A program made the position numbers and the translations under genes. The notes under the pieces were generated by a model. That model was not told the origin of the DNA. It searched no databases and saw only the letters and a list, made by a program, of their open reading frames with translations. A stretch of DNA of 64,000 bases from Isurus oxyrinchus (taxonomy: Eukaryota): NCBI GenBank assembly GCA_026770705.1, contig JANJGN010000342.1:372001-436000 (forward strand). Direction: 5' to 3'. Of the stretch, positions 62,082-64,000 are shown piece by piece. How positions within the stretch are numbered: position 1 is the stretch's first letter; each line of letters opens with the position of its first letter.

Positions 62082-62763
62082 TGGCTCTGTGCACAGGTTA
62101 ATGTTGATGTTATAAAATCATAAATATCTACAGCAGAGGAAGATGACATTCAGCTCATTTTGACAATGCTGACTGATGGCAAAAGGAATTCAGCTAATTT
62201 GAAAACCCCTCATTTTCCCCACTGCAATTTAAATTTATATTGTCTCTCCTCGCTCTTCCTGTTGAAATGAAGCATAACAGGCATCTATTTTGACAGTGAG
62301 CTGGCACTTTTTACATGTTTCGTGTTTGTAGTTGTATGTTAAGTGAATGTAATATCTTTCAGTCACATTACATTTCCTATTCACCATTTCACAGGATAAA
62401 CACTCAGCAAAGTGAGAAAATCTTTCAGCTGGCAGCGGGTGATTGGAGAGTGGGGGGTCGGAATATTGCTACTTTTCTGCTTTTCCCTGTCTCACTCACT
62501 GTGAAGCCGAGAAAGAGAGAATCATTGACGGGTTTGTTTGAATCCAATAATTTCACACGTGTCTAATGAGTTAGGTGTAATTACATAGTTGTTTATTGTT
62601 TTTTATTGTGTTTAAAATGAACATTCAAAACAAAAACATTGGTGTGGGAAGACACAGGTTAAGGGTAAAGTTTGCAGGATATTTCCTTGCAGCTCAGGTA
62701 ACCAATGAGAGCCCGGAACTGTGTGGCAATGAAAGCTGTTAGGAAGAAAAAAGTGAAATCTTG

Positions 62764-62819
62764 GTCCCTGGGTGGTTTGGTTAACAGTCGAACGTGCTAA
62801 ACAAATGCACCACCGAGAC
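62764..62819 (-). pseudogene. tRNA-Asn(GTT) pseudogene with internal deletion
   Basis: gtctcggtggtgcatttgtttagcacgttcgactgttaaccaaa/ccacccagggac; about 16 nt covering the B box are missing. Confidence 0.8.
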
Positions 62820-63369
62820 TAACGTAAGGCTGATTTGCCAGCTTTCCTAAACCAAGGTGTCAGCGAGTTTAAGCTTCAGATTGCTGCTACCGGGGTGACA
62901 ATTGTTCTCTTCATTTTTACTCTTCCAAAATAAAGGGAGGGACATTCATTGTGGATACATGGAAACAGGCTGATTCCACCCACTGCAGACACATCCATGT
63001 CACCGGGAATCAGCTCTCCAACATCCGCTGCCGTCTCCTTTCGAGCCTTTCGGTGGCTTGACTGTTACCAAGTATTCTGATTGTCCTGAAGCCGATATTA
63101 GGTGTGAATTCCTGATGTGCAGTAACGAGAATCATTTCAATCTCTCAGGTCAGATAACTTCACTGACAACATCAAAGTTTATGTTCCAGCGTCTTAAAGA
63201 AGGGAAAGGTACCTTGTATGTCTCTGGTCAGTCGAACAGATCACCCTTCATTCTCACCTGATGCTGGTTCCCAAAGAGTTTCTAAAGATTCACAAAGCTG
63301 GAGACTGGGTTTTCTGTTTTGGTTCTTTCTCCATTTTCCCAGCTGCTAACTGACAATATTTTCCAAATA

Positions 63370-63485
63370 TTGAGGAGAGACAGCAAAGTGGCCCCGAGAC
63401 CACAATCAGATCCGCCATGATCTTACTGAATGGCAGAGCGGGGTCAAAGGGCTGAATGGCCTCCTCCTGATCCTCATTCTTCTCT
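63370..63485 (+). mobile_element. CR1 3' terminus
   Basis: cagatccgccatgatcttactgaatggcagagcgggg...gggctgaatggcctcctcctg. Confidence 0.75.
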
Positions 63486-64000
63486 TTCCTGTGACACAGC
63501 CCGGATCAACTCCTGACTTTAGCAAACTGCCTTCAGAATTAATGATCAGTTAAATGAAATAAAAACCATCCAACTATTTCTGTATTTCTTATTTCCGTTC
63601 ATCTGCAAGCATTCACTAAGTTTGCAGTCTGAAATGGAACAATAATTGGCCAAGTTGGTGACCTCCTTGTTTTTTGGTGTTTGTCACTCTCGGTGTAAAG
63701 ATCTGTGTGTGTCAATGTGGTTCAGTTCCCCGAGGGGTTGAACACATTTTTCACCATCACAAACTTTAGTCATATTAGTTGTGCAGTTTAATACTAAAGT
63801 GTTACAGAGAAAATATCAAGACGAAAGATTGAAGAGGAGTTTGCAATGTTTGGAAGGAGGTGCAGCTAAGAAGTGGAAGGTGTGAATTATGTTATTGATG
63901 ATTGAGAGGAATGTATTGCAACCTTGGGGCTTTTGGAGGTCGATGGCCTTTGAAATTCAGAACAAGCTGAGGCTTGAGGTCGAAAACAGCTGTGATCTCC

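Noticed and set aside
60560-63750. Additional faint tRNA-like snippets (Gly- or iMet-like ~60570-60630, Asp-like ~63720)
   Set aside because: Matches are too short and non-colinear to call.

Overview
Eukaryotic, repeat-rich genomic DNA, most likely from a cartilaginous fish (shark); this is inferred from the Ig cluster layout and the repeat families. The left end holds a germline immunoglobulin heavy-chain mini-cluster on the minus strand (leader-VH-D1-D2-JH, 1029-2753) with a complete 23 / 12-22 / 12-12 / 23 RSS set. The V looks IgW-like and carries a single-base frameshift, and the constant exons must lie off-window to the left. No other protein-coding gene is supported. The rest consists of (i) a locus-wide 27-bp minisatellite family, amplified into a ~10-kb 54-bp array (19.7-29.4 kb) and repeatedly headed by CTCF-like motifs; (ii) two paralogous 3-4 kb units built from facing copies of that repeat; (iii) CR1, CR1/L2-group and RTE LINE debris, Deu-domain and tRNA-derived SINEs, and a Penelope-type hairpin with a degenerate hammerhead core; (iv) a tRNA cluster at 53-63 kb with one intact tRNA-Glu(TTC) and six damaged or decayed copies; (v) a 215-N gap. 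All alignments were done by eye, and family names rest on recalled consensus sequences, not on searches.
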